64,000 nt of DNA from Alphaproteobacteria bacterium (GCA_965225945.1 CBDDBZ010000035.1:224001-288000); one strand, 5' to 3'; shown: positions 1 to 11,516, numbered from the stretch's first letter. Notes: a model not told the origin generated them from the sequence alone. Made by a program: numbers and translations.

Positions 1-1032
1 CGCCAGGCTCGCCTTCACCTCGCGGGGATCGCGCGCGCCAACGGAGAAGCCGACGATGCCGGATCGCACCTTGCCCCGATCATGCACCACCACGCCCGGC
101 AGGCCTGAGAGACGGGCGCGGATGTCGCGGGCCAGCGAATCGACCCGGGCGCGGATGGCCTCGAGACCCCACTCGAGCGCGTAGTCGACGGCGACCCCGA
201 GGCCCAGCTTGCCGGCGACGTAGTTCTCCCAGTTCTCGAAGCGCCGCGCGTCGGGGCGGATCTCGAAATCGTCGCGCGCCGTCCAGGTCGCGGCGTGATT
301 GTCGAGGAAGGGCGGCTCCAGCCGCTCCCCCATTTCGCGGCGGATATAGAGAAACCCCACCCCCCGGGGCCCGCGCAGGAACTTGCGCGAGGTGGCGCTC
401 AACACGTCGCAGCCGATCTCCTGGACGTCGAGCGGCAGCTGCCCGACCGACTGGCAGGCATCGAGGATATAGGGGATTCCGGCGGCGCGCGCGATCCGGC
501 CGATTTCAGCCGCCGGGTTGATCAGGCCGCCGCTGGTGGGCGCGTGGGTGATCGAGATCAGCTTCACCCGCTCGTCGAGCATCGCCTCGAGGGCAGCGAC
601 GTCGATCTGGCCATCTTCGTCGTCGGGCGCCACCACGATCTCCGCCCCGGTGCGCCGCGCGACCTGCAGAAAGGCGATGTAGTTGGAGCCGTATTCGGCG
701 GACCCCGTGACGATCCGCTCGCCGGGCTGAAAAGCCATGGCGTAGAAGGCCATGTCCCAGCCGACCGTCGCGTTCTCGACGATGGCGATCTCGCCGGCGG
801 CGCAGTTGAGCAGGCGGGCGATCGAGTCGTAGCCGCGCTCGATTCGCGCCTCCGCCCGCTCGAAGGCCTCGTAGCCGCCGATCTCCGCCTCCAGCCGCAG
901 GTGATCCACCACCGCGCCGAGCACCGGGCTGGGCATCAGCCCGGCGCCACAATTGTTCAGGTGCGCGACATGGGCGACGCCGGGCGTCTCGCGGCGAGCG
1001 CGGGCGAGGTCGATGGCGGTGGTTTCAGACAT
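1..1032 (-). CDS. Aminotransferase class V-fold PLP enzyme (cysteine desulfurase/selenocysteine lyase-like), 3' end runs off the window
   Basis: ATG at 1032; MSETTAIDLARARRETPGVAHVAHLNNCGAGLMP..., with DACQSVGQ and SATSRKFLRGPRG PLP-lysine motifs on the minus strand. Not in the supplied ORF track. Confidence 0.85.
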   Translation of the reverse strand, partial: MSETTAIDLARARRETPGVAHVAHLNNCGAGLMPSPVLGAVVDHLRLEAEIGGYEAFERAEARIERGYDSIARLLNCAAGEIAIVENATVGWDMAFYAMAFQPGERIVTGSAEYGSNYIAFLQVARRTGAEIVVAPDDEDGQIDVAALEAMLDERVKLISITHAPTSGGLINPAAEIGRIARAAGIPYILDACQSVGQLPLDVQEIGCDVLSATSRKFLRGPRGVGFLYIRREMGERLEPPFLDNHAATWTARDDFEIRPDARRFENWENYVAGKLGLGVAVDYALEWGLEAIRARVDSLARDIRARLSGLPGVVVHDRGKVRSGIVGFSVGARDPREVKASLA

Positions 1033-1052
1033 GGCCCTGAATCCGTTTCGGG

Positions 1053-2186
1053 CTAAAGCACGCGGGCGAGTGCTCGGAACAGCCGCTCGACGTCCTCCGC
1101 GTCGTTGTAGAGATGCGGCGTCACCCTGAGGCTATTCCCGCGCAGGCTCACGAACACGCCGCCCTGGCGCAAGCTCTCCACCACGCCGTCGGGGAAGCCG
1201 CCGGGGCAGCGCAGGCCTAGAAAATGGCCGGCGCGCAAGCTGGGATCCGCGGCCTCGAGGCCGAGCGCGCGGGCCCGATCGGTGATCTCGTCGGTCAGCC
1301 CGCGCAAGCTCGCCTGGATCGCCGCCGGGTCCCATTCGACCAGCATGCGGAGCGCGCGCTCCGCCATCGGCATCAGGGCGAAGTTGGCGCTCTCGCCGAC
1401 GTCGTGGCGCCGTGCGCCCGCCTGGAAGTCATCGCGGTAGTCGATCAGGCCGGAGAAATTCTCGGCTCCGCGCCGGGCCATCCAGTTGTGCTCCAGCGGC
1501 CGGCCATCCTGGTGCTCGGGCGCGACGTAGGCGAAGCCGATGGAATAGGGCCCCAGCAACCACTTGTAGCAGGCGGCGACGGCGAAGTCGGGCCGTACCT
1601 CGGCCACGTCGATGGGCAGCGCGCCGAGCGATTGCGTCAAGTCCAGCACCAGGGCCGCGCCCACCTCGCGGCACCGCCGGCCCACTGCCTGGAGGTTGAT
1701 CAGGCCGCCGTCGGTCCAGTGGCAATGCGCCGCCGCGACGATTGCCGCATCGGCCCCGATCGCCTCGATGAGCGGCGCCGTCCAGCCGCCCGCCGCCGGC
1801 CGCGCCACGGTGGTCACCTCCGCTCCCGCCTCTTCGGCCAGGACCCGCCAGTGATAGACGTTGGAGGGGAACTGGTCGGCCAGCAGCACGATCCGCTGGC
1901 CGGCCGCGACGCCCAAGTTGGCCGCGGCGAGCGCGATGCCGTAACTGGCCGAGGGCACGACCGAGATGTCCTCGGCCCCAGCGCCCAGCAGGCGGGCGAA
2001 GTGGCCCCGCGCGGCGTCGGTGGTCGCGAAGAAATCCTCCGGCAGGATATTCCAGGGACGGGCCTTTCGGGCGAGGCCGGTCATGCCCGCCTCGAGCACC
2101 GGGCGGGCGAGCGGCGACATATAGGCGCAGTTCAGATAGGCGACGTCGCGCGGCAGGTCGAAGAGATGGCGTTGAGAGGGGATCAC
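1053..2186 (-). CDS. Aminotransferase class V-fold PLP enzyme
   Basis: [25 protein letters not shown] and LRVTPHLYN motifs. Confidence 0.88.
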   Translation of the reverse strand: MIPSQRHLFDLPRDVAYLNCAYMSPLARPVLEAGMTGLARKARPWNILPEDFFATTDAARGHFARLLGAGAEDISVVPSASYGIALAAANLGVAAGQRIVLLADQFPSNVYHWRVLAEEAGAEVTTVARPAAGGWTAPLIEAIGADAAIVAAAHCHWTDGGLINLQAVGRRCREVGAALVLDLTQSLGALPIDVAEVRPDFAVAACYKWLLGPYSIGFAYVAPEHQDGRPLEHNWMARRGAENFSGLIDYRDDFQAGARRHDVGESANFALMPMAERALRMLVEWDPAAIQASLRGLTDEITDRARALGLEAADPSLRAGHFLGLRCPGGFPDGVVESLRQGGVFVSLRGNSLRVTPHLYNDAEDVERLFRALARVL

Positions 2187-2295
2187 AGCGATTCTCCCGC
2201 GCTCGAAAACGGTCCCGAGACAAACCGAGTCGCGGGCGCTCTGTCAATGCTGGACCGCGCTTCGCCGGCGAATAATCACCGCGACAATCCGCCGG

Positions 2296-2324
2296 TTGAC
2301 AGGGCGGGTCACGATTCCAATTAT
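2296..2324 (+). promoter_or_regulatory. Putative sigma70 promoter of serC
   Basis: TTGACA (2296-2301), 17-bp spacer, AATTAT; ~50 bp upstream of the serC ATG. Confidence 0.4.
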
Positions 2325-2372
2325 CCCCTGCCCCGCGCCCCGGGCGCGATTGGAATTCGAGGCGGCGAGCCC

Positions 2373-3584
2373 ATGACTTGGACCACCGGGCGACCGAGTG
2401 AGCGGCCGGCGAGACCCTACTTTTCCTCGGGTCCCTGCGCCAAACGACCGGGCTGGACGCCGGACGTGCTGGCGGCTGCGCTGCTCGGCCGTTACCACCG
2501 TTCGGCCCCGGGCAAGGCGCGCCTCGCCGAGGCGTTGGCGCGGACACGGCAACTGCTGGAAGTCCCCGCAAGCCACCAAATCGCCATCGTGCCGGCCTCC
2601 GACACCGGCGCGGTGGAGTTGGCGCTCTGGTCGCTGCTGGGCGCGCGCGGGATCGAGATCCTGGCCTGGGAGAGTTTCGGCCACGGCTGGGTGAGCGACG
2701 TCGTCGAGCAGTTGCGGCTGGCTGAAGTCCGGGTGAGCGCGGCCGAGTACGGCCACTTGCCCGATCTCTCGGCCGTCGACTTCGCCCGCGACGTGGTGTT
2801 CTGCTGGAACGGCACCACCTCCGGCGTGCGCGTGCCGGACGGGAATTGGATCGCGCGGGATCGCCAAGGCCTGACGATCGCCGACGCCACCTCGGCCGCC
2901 TTCGCCATGGCGCTGCCCTGGGACAGGCTCGACGTCGCCACTTTCTCCTGGCAGAAGGTGCTGGGGGGCGAGGCGCAGCACGGCATGCTGGTTCTGGGGC
3001 CGCGCGCCGTCGAACGGCTGGAAAGTCACGTGCCCTCCTGGCCGCTGCCGAAGCTCTTCCGGCTGACCAAGGGCGGCAAAGTGGACCCCTCGATCTTCGA
3101 GGGCGGCACCATCAACACCCCCTCCATGCTCTGCCTCGAGGACTATCTCGACACCTTGAAGTGGGCCCAGGGCATCGGTGGCCTGGCCGCCCTGATCGCG
3201 CGCTGCCGCGCCAACCTCGAGGGCGTGGCGGACTGGGTCGGGCGGACCGAGTGGGTCGAATTTCTCGCCGTCGATCCGGCGACGCGGTCCGAGACCTCGA
3301 TCTGCCTGTCGATTGTCGATCCCTGGTTCGCAGCCCTCGCGCCCTCGGACCAAGCCGCCTTCACCAAGGCCATGGCCGACCTGCTGGAAGACGAGGGCGT
3401 GGCTTACGACATCAACGGCTACCGGGACGCGCCGCCGGGTCTCAGGATCTGGGGCGGTGCCACGGTCGAGGTCGAGGACACGACCCGCCTCCTGCCTTGG
3501 CTCGACTGGGCGTTCGGCGAGGTCCAGGCGGCACGGCGCGACGCCGCCCGAAATTCGGAGCCCGAGCGATGCCGAAGGTCTTGA
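2373..3584 (+). CDS. serC: Phosphoserine aminotransferase (alphaproteobacterial type)
   Basis: [44 protein letters not shown]; directly upstream of serA. Confidence 0.95.
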   Translation: MTWTTGRPSERPARPYFSSGPCAKRPGWTPDVLAAALLGRYHRSAPGKARLAEALARTRQLLEVPASHQIAIVPASDTGAVELALWSLLGARGIEILAWESFGHGWVSDVVEQLRLAEVRVSAAEYGHLPDLSAVDFARDVVFCWNGTTSGVRVPDGNWIARDRQGLTIADATSAAFAMALPWDRLDVATFSWQKVLGGEAQHGMLVLGPRAVERLESHVPSWPLPKLFRLTKGGKVDPSIFEGGTINTPSMLCLEDYLDTLKWAQGIGGLAALIARCRANLEGVADWVGRTEWVEFLAVDPATRSETSICLSIVDPWFAALAPSDQAAFTKAMADLLEDEGVAYDINGYRDAPPGLRIWGGATVEVEDTTRLLPWLDWAFGEVQAARRDAARNSEPERCRRS

Positions 3585-5146
3585 TCGCCGACGAGATGAG
3601 CCCGCGCGCGGGCGAGATCTTCCGCGAGCGGGGCCTGGAGGTGGAGCAACGAGTGGGCCTCGCGCCCGAGGCGCTGAAGGCGGCGATCGGCGACTACCAG
3701 GGCCTGGCGATCCGCTCCGCCACCTTGGTCACGGCCGATCTCCTGGAGGGTGCGATCGGCCTGAAGGTGATCGGCAGGGCCGGCATCGGGGTCGACAACG
3801 TCGATGTCGCCGCCGCCACGCAAGCCGGCATCTGCGTCATGAACACCCCCTTCGGCAACGCCATCACCACGGCCGAGCACGCGATCGCGCTGATCTTCGC
3901 GCTGGCCCGCCAAATTACCGCCGCCGACCGCTCGACCCAGGCGGGCAAGTGGGAGAAGAGCGCCTTCATGGGCGTCGAGATCCATGGCAAGACGCTCGGC
4001 ATCATCGGCTGCGGCAACGTCGGCGCCATCGTCGCCGACCGGGCGCTCGGCCTGAAGATGCGGGTGATCGCGCATGATCCCTACCTCTCGGGCGAGCGGG
4101 CCTTGGAGCTCGGCGTCGAGAAGGTGAGCTTCGAAGAGCTGCTGGCGCGGGCCGACATCACCACCCTGCACACGCCGCTGACCGACGCGACGCGGGGCAT
4201 GATCGATGCCGAGGCGCTCGCCCGGATGAAGCCGGGCGTCAGGATCGTCAATTGCGCGCGAGGCGGCCTGGTGGACGAGGCGGATCTCCGCCAGGCACTT
4301 GACAGCGGCCATGTCGCCGGCGCCGCCTTCGACGTCTTCGCCGAGGAACCGGCGCGCGAGAACCCCCTCTTCGGCCATCCCAACGTGGTGGCGACGCCGC
4401 ATCTCGGCGCGGCGACGACGGAAGCGCAGGAAAACGTCGCCGTCCAGGTCGCGGAGCAGATGAGCGACTATCTGCTCGACGGCGCGGTCGCCAACGCCGT
4501 CAACATGGCCTCGGTCACCGCCGAGGAGGCGCCGAGGTTGAAGCCCTATTTTGCCCTCGCCCACCTTCTCGGCAGCTTCGCGGGGCAATTGACCGAGACC
4601 GCGATTCGCGCCGTTCACCTCGAATACGAGGGCCACGTCGCCACCCTCAATACCCGGCCCTTGACGGCGATCGCCATCGAGGGGTTGCTGAGCCCGCTGA
4701 TGGCGGGCGTCAACATGGTGAACGCGCCGGTGATCGCGCGCGAGCGCAACATCGACGTCAAGGAGACGCGGGACGAGGGAATCGGCGACTACCAGACCTT
4801 GATTCGGCTCAATCTGGTGACGGAGCGGCAAACCCGCGCGGTCACCGGCACCCTCTTCGCCGACCGCCGGCCCAGGCTGGTCGACGTCAAGGGCATCAAG
4901 CTGGAGGCGGAGTTGGCGCCGCACATGCTCTACGTCACCAACCATGACCGGCCGGGTTTCATCGGCGCCCTCGGCACCACGCTGGGTGCCGCCGGGGTCA
5001 ATATCGCGACCTTCCACCTGGGCCGGGCGGACGCAGGCGGCGACGCCATCGCCCTGATCGCGGTCGACGAGGCGGTCGAGGCCAAGGTGTTGAACCAGGT
5101 CAGGGCGCTGCCGCACGTGGTCCAGGTCAAGGCGCTGGCGTTTTGA
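3569..5146 (+). CDS. serA: D-3-phosphoglycerate dehydrogenase
   Basis: [25 protein letters not shown] and C-terminal ACT domain. Confidence 0.96.
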   Translation: MPKVLIADEMSPRAGEIFRERGLEVEQRVGLAPEALKAAIGDYQGLAIRSATLVTADLLEGAIGLKVIGRAGIGVDNVDVAAATQAGICVMNTPFGNAITTAEHAIALIFALARQITAADRSTQAGKWEKSAFMGVEIHGKTLGIIGCGNVGAIVADRALGLKMRVIAHDPYLSGERALELGVEKVSFEELLARADITTLHTPLTDATRGMIDAEALARMKPGVRIVNCARGGLVDEADLRQALDSGHVAGAAFDVFAEEPARENPLFGHPNVVATPHLGAATTEAQENVAVQVAEQMSDYLLDGAVANAVNMASVTAEEAPRLKPYFALAHLLGSFAGQLTETAIRAVHLEYEGHVATLNTRPLTAIAIEGLLSPLMAGVNMVNAPVIARERNIDVKETRDEGIGDYQTLIRLNLVTERQTRAVTGTLFADRRPRLVDVKGIKLEAELAPHMLYVTNHDRPGFIGALGTTLGAAGVNIATFHLGRADAGGDAIALIAVDEAVEAKVLNQVRALPHVVQVKALAF

Positions 5147-5211
5147 TGCGCCGGCTCGAGGAAACTACGCCCGTGTCGTTTCCGACGGGGCTGGGATACA
5201 CTTCCGCCGCC

Positions 5212-6351
5212 ATGACCGATACCGCCGATCTCGCCCTATTGCCGGAAGGCCTGCGCGACGAACTGCCGCCCGCCGCGGAGCATGAGGCGAGAATCGTCGA
5301 GCGGCTGATCGCCGCCTTTCAGGGCCATGGCTACGACCGGGTGAAGCCGCCGCTGGTCGAGTTCGAGGAGAGCTTGCTGGCCGGCCCCGGGGCCGAAATT
5401 TCGCGCCACATGTTCCGCCTGATGGACCCGGTCTCGCAGCGCATGATGGGCGTGCGCGCCGACATGACCACCCAGGTCGCCCGCATCGCCGCGACCCGCC
5501 TGGCCCACGCCCCCCGGCCGCTCCGGCTCTGCTATGCTGGCCAGGTCCTCAGAATTAGGGGCAGTCAGCTTCGCCCGGAACGCCAGTTCGCCCAGGCCGG
5601 CGCGGAGCTGATCGGCCTCGATTCGGCTCCCGCCGATGCCGAGATGGTGCGCCTCGCGGCGGCGACCATGGCGGAGGTGTCGGTCTCCGACCTCACCATC
5701 GACCTCACCGTGCCCGCCCTGGTGCCGATGGTCTGCGAGGCGCTGGGGCTCGACGAGGCGGCGGCCACGGCGGTACGCCGCGCGCTCGATCGGCGCGACG
5801 CCCCGGCCTTGATCGGCCTCGAAGCGGCGGCGCGCGACCGGCTGAAGGCGCTGATCGACGCGGCCGGCCCGGCCGAGCAGGCGCTGGAGGCGCTACGGAG
5901 CGCGGATCTGCCGGCGCGAGCGCTGGGCTTGCTGGATCGCGCCGGGGCGCTGGTCGAGGCGCTCGCGCCCGATGGAAGCGGCTTCGCGCTCACCCTCGAT
6001 CCCGGCGAGAGCCGGGGGTTCGAATATCAGTCGGGGATCAGTTTTTCCTTGTTCGCCGGCGGCGTCCGCGGCGAACTCGGGCGCGGCGGGCGCTATCGGC
6101 TCTCCAACGGGGAGACCGCGACCGGCTTCTCGCTCTATCTCGACAGCATCATGCGGGCGGTGCCGGCGCCGGAGACGGCGGCGCGGCTGTTCCTGCCCCT
6201 CAGCGGCGGAAACGCGGCGGCGGCACTTCGCGCCGAGGGCTGGCGCGTGGTCGGCGATCTCGCCGGCGCCGCCGACGCGGAAGCCGAGGCCCGGCGTCTC
6301 GGCTGCACCCACCTCTATCTCGAAGGCATGCCCCGGCCCCTCGCGCCCTAG
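5212..6351 (+). CDS. hisZ: ATP phosphoribosyltransferase regulatory subunit
   Basis: LPEGLRD, RADMTTQVARIA, RQFAQAGAELIG, GRGGRY; upstream of purA. Confidence 0.92.
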   Translation: MTDTADLALLPEGLRDELPPAAEHEARIVERLIAAFQGHGYDRVKPPLVEFEESLLAGPGAEISRHMFRLMDPVSQRMMGVRADMTTQVARIAATRLAHAPRPLRLCYAGQVLRIRGSQLRPERQFAQAGAELIGLDSAPADAEMVRLAAATMAEVSVSDLTIDLTVPALVPMVCEALGLDEAAATAVRRALDRRDAPALIGLEAAARDRLKALIDAAGPAEQALEALRSADLPARALGLLDRAGALVEALAPDGSGFALTLDPGESRGFEYQSGISFSLFAGGVRGELGRGGRYRLSNGETATGFSLYLDSIMRAVPAPETAARLFLPLSGGNAAAALRAEGWRVVGDLAGAADAEAEARRLGCTHLYLEGMPRPLAP

Positions 6352-6386
6352 GGCGTCGGTTCGGCGCCGGGTAAGGGAGACGCACA

Positions 6387-7679
6387 ATGGCCAATGTCGC
6401 CGTGGTCGGCACCCAGTGGGGTGACGAAGGCAAGGGCAAGATCGTCGACTGGCTCTCGAACCGGGCCGATGTCGTGGTCCGCTTCCAGGGCGGGCACAAC
6501 GCCGGCCACACCCTGGTGATCGACGGCCACACCTACAAATTGAGCCTGTTGCCCTCCGGCATCGTGCGCCCCGGCAAGCTCTCGATCATCGGCGGCGGCG
6601 TGGTGGTCGATCCCTGGGCGCTGTTGGAGGAGATCCGCACGTTGCGTGCGGACGGCGTCGAGATCTCGCCGGAAAATCTCCACATCGCCCACAACGCCTC
6701 TCTGATCCTGCCGCTCCACGGCGAGCTCGATCGGCTCCGCGAGGAGGCCGAGGGCGGGCATCCGATCGGCACCACCCGGCGCGGCATCGGGCCGGCCTAC
6801 GAGGACCGGGTCGGCCGCCGCTCGATCCGGGTCTGCGACCTGCTGGACACCGACGGGTTGCCGGCCAAGATCGCCAACCTGTTGCTGCACCACAACGCGA
6901 TCCGCCGGGGCCTCGGCCGCGAGGAGGTCGACGGCGAAGCGCTGGTCGCCCAAGTGAGGGCGGTCGCCGACGACATCGCGCCCTATTCGAGCGTGGTCTG
7001 GCGCGACCTCGAGGCGGCGCGCCAGGCCGGCCGGCGCATTCTCTTCGAGGGCGCCCAGGGCATCATGCTGGACGTCGATCACGGCACCTACCCTTATGTC
7101 ACCTCCTCCAACACCGTGGGGGCGCAGGCCGCCGTCGGCAGCGGCGTCGGTCCGGACGTGGTGAGTTTCGTCCTCGGCATCACCAAGGCCTACACCACCC
7201 GCGTCGGCGAGGGCCCGTTCCCGACCGAGCAGGCAAACGAGATCGGCCGCCTGCTGGGCGAGAGGGGCCACGAGTTCGGCACCGTGACCGGACGGCCGCG
7301 ACGCTGCGGCTGGTTCGACGCGGTGATGGTGCGCCAGGCGGTCAAGGTCTCCGGCATGCACGGCATCGCGCTCACCAAGCTCGACGTGCTGGACGGGATG
7401 GCGGAGCTCGAGGTGGCGACCAGCTACATGCTGGACGGCCAGCCGCTCGACTACCTGCCGGCGGCGAGCGACAAGCAGTACCGGGTGGAGCCGGTCTACG
7501 AGACCCTGGAGGGCTGGAGCGAGAGCACCCGCTCGGCCCGGCGCTGGGCGGATTTGCCGGCGACGGCAATCAAATACATCGTCCGCATCGAGGAGCTGAT
7601 CGGGGTGCGCGTTTCGTTGCTCTCGACCAGCCCCGAACGCGACGACACCATCCTGGTGCGCGATCCCTTCGTGGATTGA
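6387..7679 (+). CDS. purA: Adenylosuccinate synthetase
   Basis: [37 protein letters not shown]. Confidence 0.98.
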   Translation: MANVAVVGTQWGDEGKGKIVDWLSNRADVVVRFQGGHNAGHTLVIDGHTYKLSLLPSGIVRPGKLSIIGGGVVVDPWALLEEIRTLRADGVEISPENLHIAHNASLILPLHGELDRLREEAEGGHPIGTTRRGIGPAYEDRVGRRSIRVCDLLDTDGLPAKIANLLLHHNAIRRGLGREEVDGEALVAQVRAVADDIAPYSSVVWRDLEAARQAGRRILFEGAQGIMLDVDHGTYPYVTSSNTVGAQAAVGSGVGPDVVSFVLGITKAYTTRVGEGPFPTEQANEIGRLLGERGHEFGTVTGRPRRCGWFDAVMVRQAVKVSGMHGIALTKLDVLDGMAELEVATSYMLDGQPLDYLPAASDKQYRVEPVYETLEGWSESTRSARRWADLPATAIKYIVRIEELIGVRVSLLSTSPERDDTILVRDPFVD

Positions 7680-7704
7680 GGAGAAAACCCAGCGGGTTGC
7701 GCCC

Positions 7705-8655
7705 CTATTCCGCCGCCATGCCGGCGCCTCGGAAGCGGTCGTCCAGGCTCTCCATCAGGCGCTTTCGCGGGATGATGCGGGCATGCCCGCCGGTGGCGCC
7801 GTCGGGGAAGGAAAGCGCGATCTCGCAGGCCTCCAAATACCGTCCGATGTCGATCCCGGTATCCAGCCCCATGCGGTGGAAGAGATAGACCAGGTCCTCC
7901 GTCGCGACGTTGCCGGTGGCGCCGGGCGCGAAGGGGCAGCCGCCGAGCCCGGCGACCGAGCCGTCGAAAATCCGCAGGCCCGCATCGAGCCCCGCCAGCA
8001 CGTTGGCGACGCAGAAGCCCGCGGTGTCGTGGCCGTGGAAGGCGAAGGTCGCGACGTCGCCGTAACTCTTCAGGCATTCGGCCACCAGCGCGCGGACCTG
8101 GTCGGGCGTCGCCATGCCGGTGGTGTCGCTCAACACCAGCTCCATGCCCTGGCGAATGGCGACGATCCGCTCGATGTTGGCGAGCACTGAGCCCTCCTCG
8201 ACCCGGCCGTCGAAGGGGCAATCGAAGGAGGTGGCGAGGCCGATCCGCATCACGAGCCGGCCCTCGGCGTCGACCTCCTCCAGTAGTGATTGCAGGTCGT
8301 CGAGGGATTGCGCCGTCGGCCGACGCACGTTCGACATGTTGTGGGCGTCGGTCATCGAGATCACGAAGATGATCTCGTCGATGCCGGCGGCGATGGCGCG
8401 AAGCGCGCCCTTGGTGTTGGGCACCAGCGTCATCCGGCGCACGCCCGGCATCGGGCCCAGCAGCGCCACCAGTTCTTCCGCGTCGCGCATCTGCGGGATC
8501 GCCTTGGGGCTGATGAAGGAGCCGACCTCCATCCGGCCGACGCCGGCCCGCGCCAGGGCATGGATGAGCTCCGCCTTGCGCTCGGTGGCGATCCAGGTCG
8601 GAACCGACTGCACGCCGTCGCGCGGCCCCACCTCGACGATCTGCACGTCGGTCAT
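7705..8655 (-). CDS. Hydroxymethylglutaryl-CoA lyase
   Basis: EVGPRDG, HGHDT, GLGGCPFAPGATGNVATED. Confidence 0.9.
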   Translation of the reverse strand: MTDVQIVEVGPRDGVQSVPTWIATERKAELIHALARAGVGRMEVGSFISPKAIPQMRDAEELVALLGPMPGVRRMTLVPNTKGALRAIAAGIDEIIFVISMTDAHNMSNVRRPTAQSLDDLQSLLEEVDAEGRLVMRIGLATSFDCPFDGRVEEGSVLANIERIVAIRQGMELVLSDTTGMATPDQVRALVAECLKSYGDVATFAFHGHDTAGFCVANVLAGLDAGLRIFDGSVAGLGGCPFAPGATGNVATEDLVYLFHRMGLDTGIDIGRYLEACEIALSFPDGATGGHARIIPRKRLMESLDDRFRGAGMAAE

Positions 8656-8856
8656 GGTTTTGTCTCCGTCGTTGTCTGGTCGGGGATTGTCTTAGCCCGT
8701 TCATGCGCCCGGGTCACGCGGCCGCCGGACCCCGCCCTTCATATCATGGTGGCCACTATGCCCGGGTCGAGCGGGCTGTGGCGCGGTCACTCGATACTGG
8801 CGCGCGCGGCGCTCGACCGAAAATCTCCTTGAACACTTCGATGATCGCGTCGAGCG

Positions 8857-9231
8857 TCACGCCTTGGCCTGTTCTCGGAGCACTTCGAGCGCTACATCGA
8901 TATCCCGAGAATTCTCGCTGATGAGCCACAGCAGCATCCGCGCGGCTCGGTCCGGCTTACGCGTACCCTGTTCCCAGTGCTGCACCGAACGGAGGGAAAA
9001 GCCGTATCGGTCGGCGAACTTGGCCTGCGAAAGACCGGTCTTTTGACGGGCGGCACGGGCGTCGACATCGGGCACGGGCGTCTTGACACGCCACGGCCCT
9101 TTGAGATCTTCCGCGAGGACCGCGTCCGGGTCCTCGGCAACAGCCTTGCGGATGTCGTCGTCGGTGAGGGCGGCGATCCGGTCCCAGTCGGTCGCGTCGT
9201 CAGGAGTCGGAGAAGTAGGTTTTCTGCTCAT
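8857..9231 (-). CDS. Antitoxin, Xre/HTH_3 type with BrnA-like N-terminus
   Basis: TDWDRIAALTDDDI N-terminus; GLSQAKFA...VQHWEQG HTH; overlaps the toxin 3' end. Confidence 0.8.
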   Translation of the reverse strand: MSRKPTSPTPDDATDWDRIAALTDDDIRKAVAEDPDAVLAEDLKGPWRVKTPVPDVDARAARQKTGLSQAKFADRYGFSLRSVQHWEQGTRKPDRAARMLLWLISENSRDIDVALEVLREQAKA

Positions 9232-9463
9232 ACCCTGTTGCCCTTCTCAAGCTGATGATGCGACGAACATCGTCGCGGTCGGTGTAAACACAGACGAAGA
9301 CAAAACCACGGATCAGGCCAAGAGCGATAAATCGACCTTCGTCATTATCGTCGTCGGCCGTCTCGACCACGCGGCCGTTGAACAACAGCGGCGCCTCCTC
9401 GAACGACACACCGTGCTTGGCGATGTTGGCTCGGTTCTTCGCGTCATCCCATTCGTACTGCAT
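9200..9463 (-). CDS. BrnT family toxin
   Basis: YEWDDAKNRANIAKHGVSF ... RRIISLRRA signature. Confidence 0.88.
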   Translation of the reverse strand: MQYEWDDAKNRANIAKHGVSFEEAPLLFNGRVVETADDDNDEGRFIALGLIRGFVFVCVYTDRDDVRRIISLRRATGYEQKTYFSDS

Positions 9464-9572
9464 AAGTAATATGCGTGCCCCATTGGCGTATAATCAAGGG
9501 GGCATGGCTGTAGTTTTGGCCGATTCCCACGGCTCGAGATCACGGGCGAGCTTTGTCGAAGCCATTGACCCC

Positions 9573-10439
9573 TCAGCCGAAAATCTCCTTGAACACCTCG
9601 ACGTTCTGGCGGAAACCCGCCTCGAAATCCCCGTCGCCTGGGTGGTAGACGCTTTCGAGGGAGATCGCGCCGTCGTAGCCGTCGGCCCGCATCGCCGCCG
9701 CCATCGGCCGGAATTGATCGGCCAGTTGGCCCTCGCCCATGCGCCGGACCTCGAGCGTCGCCTTGGGCGTGTCGACCTGGACGTCCTTGATGTGGACGTG
9801 GCCCAGATAGCCGCCGCGCATCACCTCGTAGCCGTCGGGCCAGGCGGTCTCGTGCGCCCAGCAGGCGTTGGCCGGATCCCAGAGGATCTTCAGCGTGCCC
9901 TTGGCGTCCAGGTCGTCGATCAGCTTGCGCCCGGTCCAGCAGGAATTCACCATGGTGCCGTTGCCGGTCTCGACCACCAGCGTGATGTCCTCGGCCTTGG
10001 CAACCGCGATCGCCGGCGCGGTCAGGGCGAGCTGCACGTCCCACGCCCCCTTGGCGACGTTCCACTGCTCGGCGCCGTGGTGGCCCCAGAGGATCGTCTC
10101 CTTCTTGCCGGTCAAGATTCTGACCGTGGCGCAGGAGAACTCGTGCGCCATCTCGATGCAGCGCTTCAAGGCGTCCATGTGCTTCACGTGTTGCGCGTCG
10201 CCCGGCTTGGCGGTTCCCATCTGGAGCCCCGCGAAGATGTGGCGCGAGATGCAGGAGACCGTCATGCCATGGCGCTGGACGCTTGCCAGCACCGCCCGGC
10301 GCTCGCCTGAGTCGAGATCGCCGACTTCCTTGTCGCCGATGAACTGCAACTCGGCCAGGTCCAGGCCGAATTCGCTCATGACCGCCAAGGCGTGGTCGAG
10401 GTCGCGGCTGATCCCGTCGGTGATGACACCCAATTTCAT
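9573..10439 (-). CDS. Sugar phosphate isomerase/epimerase (TIM barrel, AP endonuclease 2 fold)
   Basis: VET, WDPAN, HVHIKD and SLES metal-ligand pattern. Confidence 0.85.
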   Translation of the reverse strand: MKLGVITDGISRDLDHALAVMSEFGLDLAELQFIGDKEVGDLDSGERRAVLASVQRHGMTVSCISRHIFAGLQMGTAKPGDAQHVKHMDALKRCIEMAHEFSCATVRILTGKKETILWGHHGAEQWNVAKGAWDVQLALTAPAIAVAKAEDITLVVETGNGTMVNSCWTGRKLIDDLDAKGTLKILWDPANACWAHETAWPDGYEVMRGGYLGHVHIKDVQVDTPKATLEVRRMGEGQLADQFRPMAAAMRADGYDGAISLESVYHPGDGDFEAGFRQNVEVFKEIFG

Positions 10440-11350
10440 GCTGGCTTCTCTCCCCTATCGCGCCTGAGGCTGGCGCCCACGATATCTTCGACGACCCGGG
10501 TCACCGCCCAGTTGTCGCTGTCCGGATACTTGGTGATTCCCGCCTGGAAAAGCTGCATGGCGGTGGCTGCGGTAAATAGCGGCACGCCCATTTCGCGGGC
10601 CAGGTCGAGGGCGATCGTCAGGTCCTTGTGCATGGTGGCGATATGACTGCCCGTGCCCTCGAACTTTCCCTCGATGATGTTGCCGAGCGCGGTGTTGGCG
10701 ACCCTGCTGCCGGCGCCGGAGGACGAGAACACGTCGTAGAGCACTTGCGCCTCGACGCCGGCCTTGGCCGCCAGCACGGAGGCCTCGAAGGTGGCGGAGA
10801 AGATCGAGCCGATCAACGTCTGCAGGCAAGCCTTGACGGTCTGTCCCATGCCGGGCTCGGCGCCGACCCGGTGGATCGCGCCGCCCACGGCCTGCATCGC
10901 CGGGCGGCACTTCTCCAGTGCCGCATCGGTGCCCGCGGCCATCATCGTCAAGCTCCCGTCTTGCGCACCGGCGTAGCCGCCACTCACGGGCGAATCGACG
11001 ATATCGAGGCCGCTCGCGGCCAGATCCGCCGCGATGGCCCGCATCTCGGACGCGCGGATGGTCGCGGTCATCACGATCGTGCCCCCCGCCGCCATGGTCG
11101 AGACCAGGCCGGCGTCGAAGATCACGCCGCGGGCCTGATCGCCGTTCATCACCATGACGAAGACCACGTCGGAGGCGGCGCCGACCCCGGCCGCGGCGTT
11201 CGCCGGCTGCCCGCCCATCGCCTCGAAGGCGGCCATCCGTTCGGGCTTGAGATCATGGCCGGTCACCTGGAAGCCGGCGGCGAGAAGATTTTTCGCCAGG
11301 CCCGAGCCCATGTCGCCGAGCCCGACGACGCCCATTCGTTGTGCTTCCAC
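10436..11350 (-). CDS. NAD(P)-dependent oxidoreductase, 3-hydroxyisobutyrate/L-threonate dehydrogenase family
   Basis: GLGDMG, DSPVSGG, GQTVK, HKDL. Confidence 0.88.
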   Translation of the reverse strand: MEAQRMGVVGLGDMGSGLAKNLLAAGFQVTGHDLKPERMAAFEAMGGQPANAAAGVGAASDVVFVMVMNGDQARGVIFDAGLVSTMAAGGTIVMTATIRASEMRAIAADLAASGLDIVDSPVSGGYAGAQDGSLTMMAAGTDAALEKCRPAMQAVGGAIHRVGAEPGMGQTVKACLQTLIGSIFSATFEASVLAAKAGVEAQVLYDVFSSSGAGSRVANTALGNIIEGKFEGTGSHIATMHKDLTIALDLAREMGVPLFTAATAMQLFQAGITKYPDSDNWAVTRVVEDIVGASLRRDRGEKPA

Positions 11351-11516
11351 TCAACGCTCCCTTCTGGTGCCGGGCGAATGGTATATTCAGACCGCCCCGC
11401 AGGGCGGCCTGATCGCTCCGGAGCTTCCTTGCCACCAACGAGCCGATTGCGCAACTCCAAGGTGGCGAATTCGTTCGGCGGCGGCTTGGAGCAATATCCG
11501 ACCGGAGGGAAACGGC

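Larger units (their letters stand above)
8817..9603. repeat. 27-bp imperfect direct repeats (8817-8843 and 9577-9603) bracketing the BrnT TA module
   Basis: ccgaaaatctccttgaacacTtcgaTg versus ccgaaaatctccttgaacacCtcgaCg; the second copy is the 3' end of the epimerase gene. Confidence 0.8.

Noticed and set aside
1224-2372. Long N-terminal extensions of serC (likewise serA, hydA, metY-like and the Xre regulator in the track)
   Set aside because: The extensions overlap neighbouring genes; downstream starts match family N-termini.
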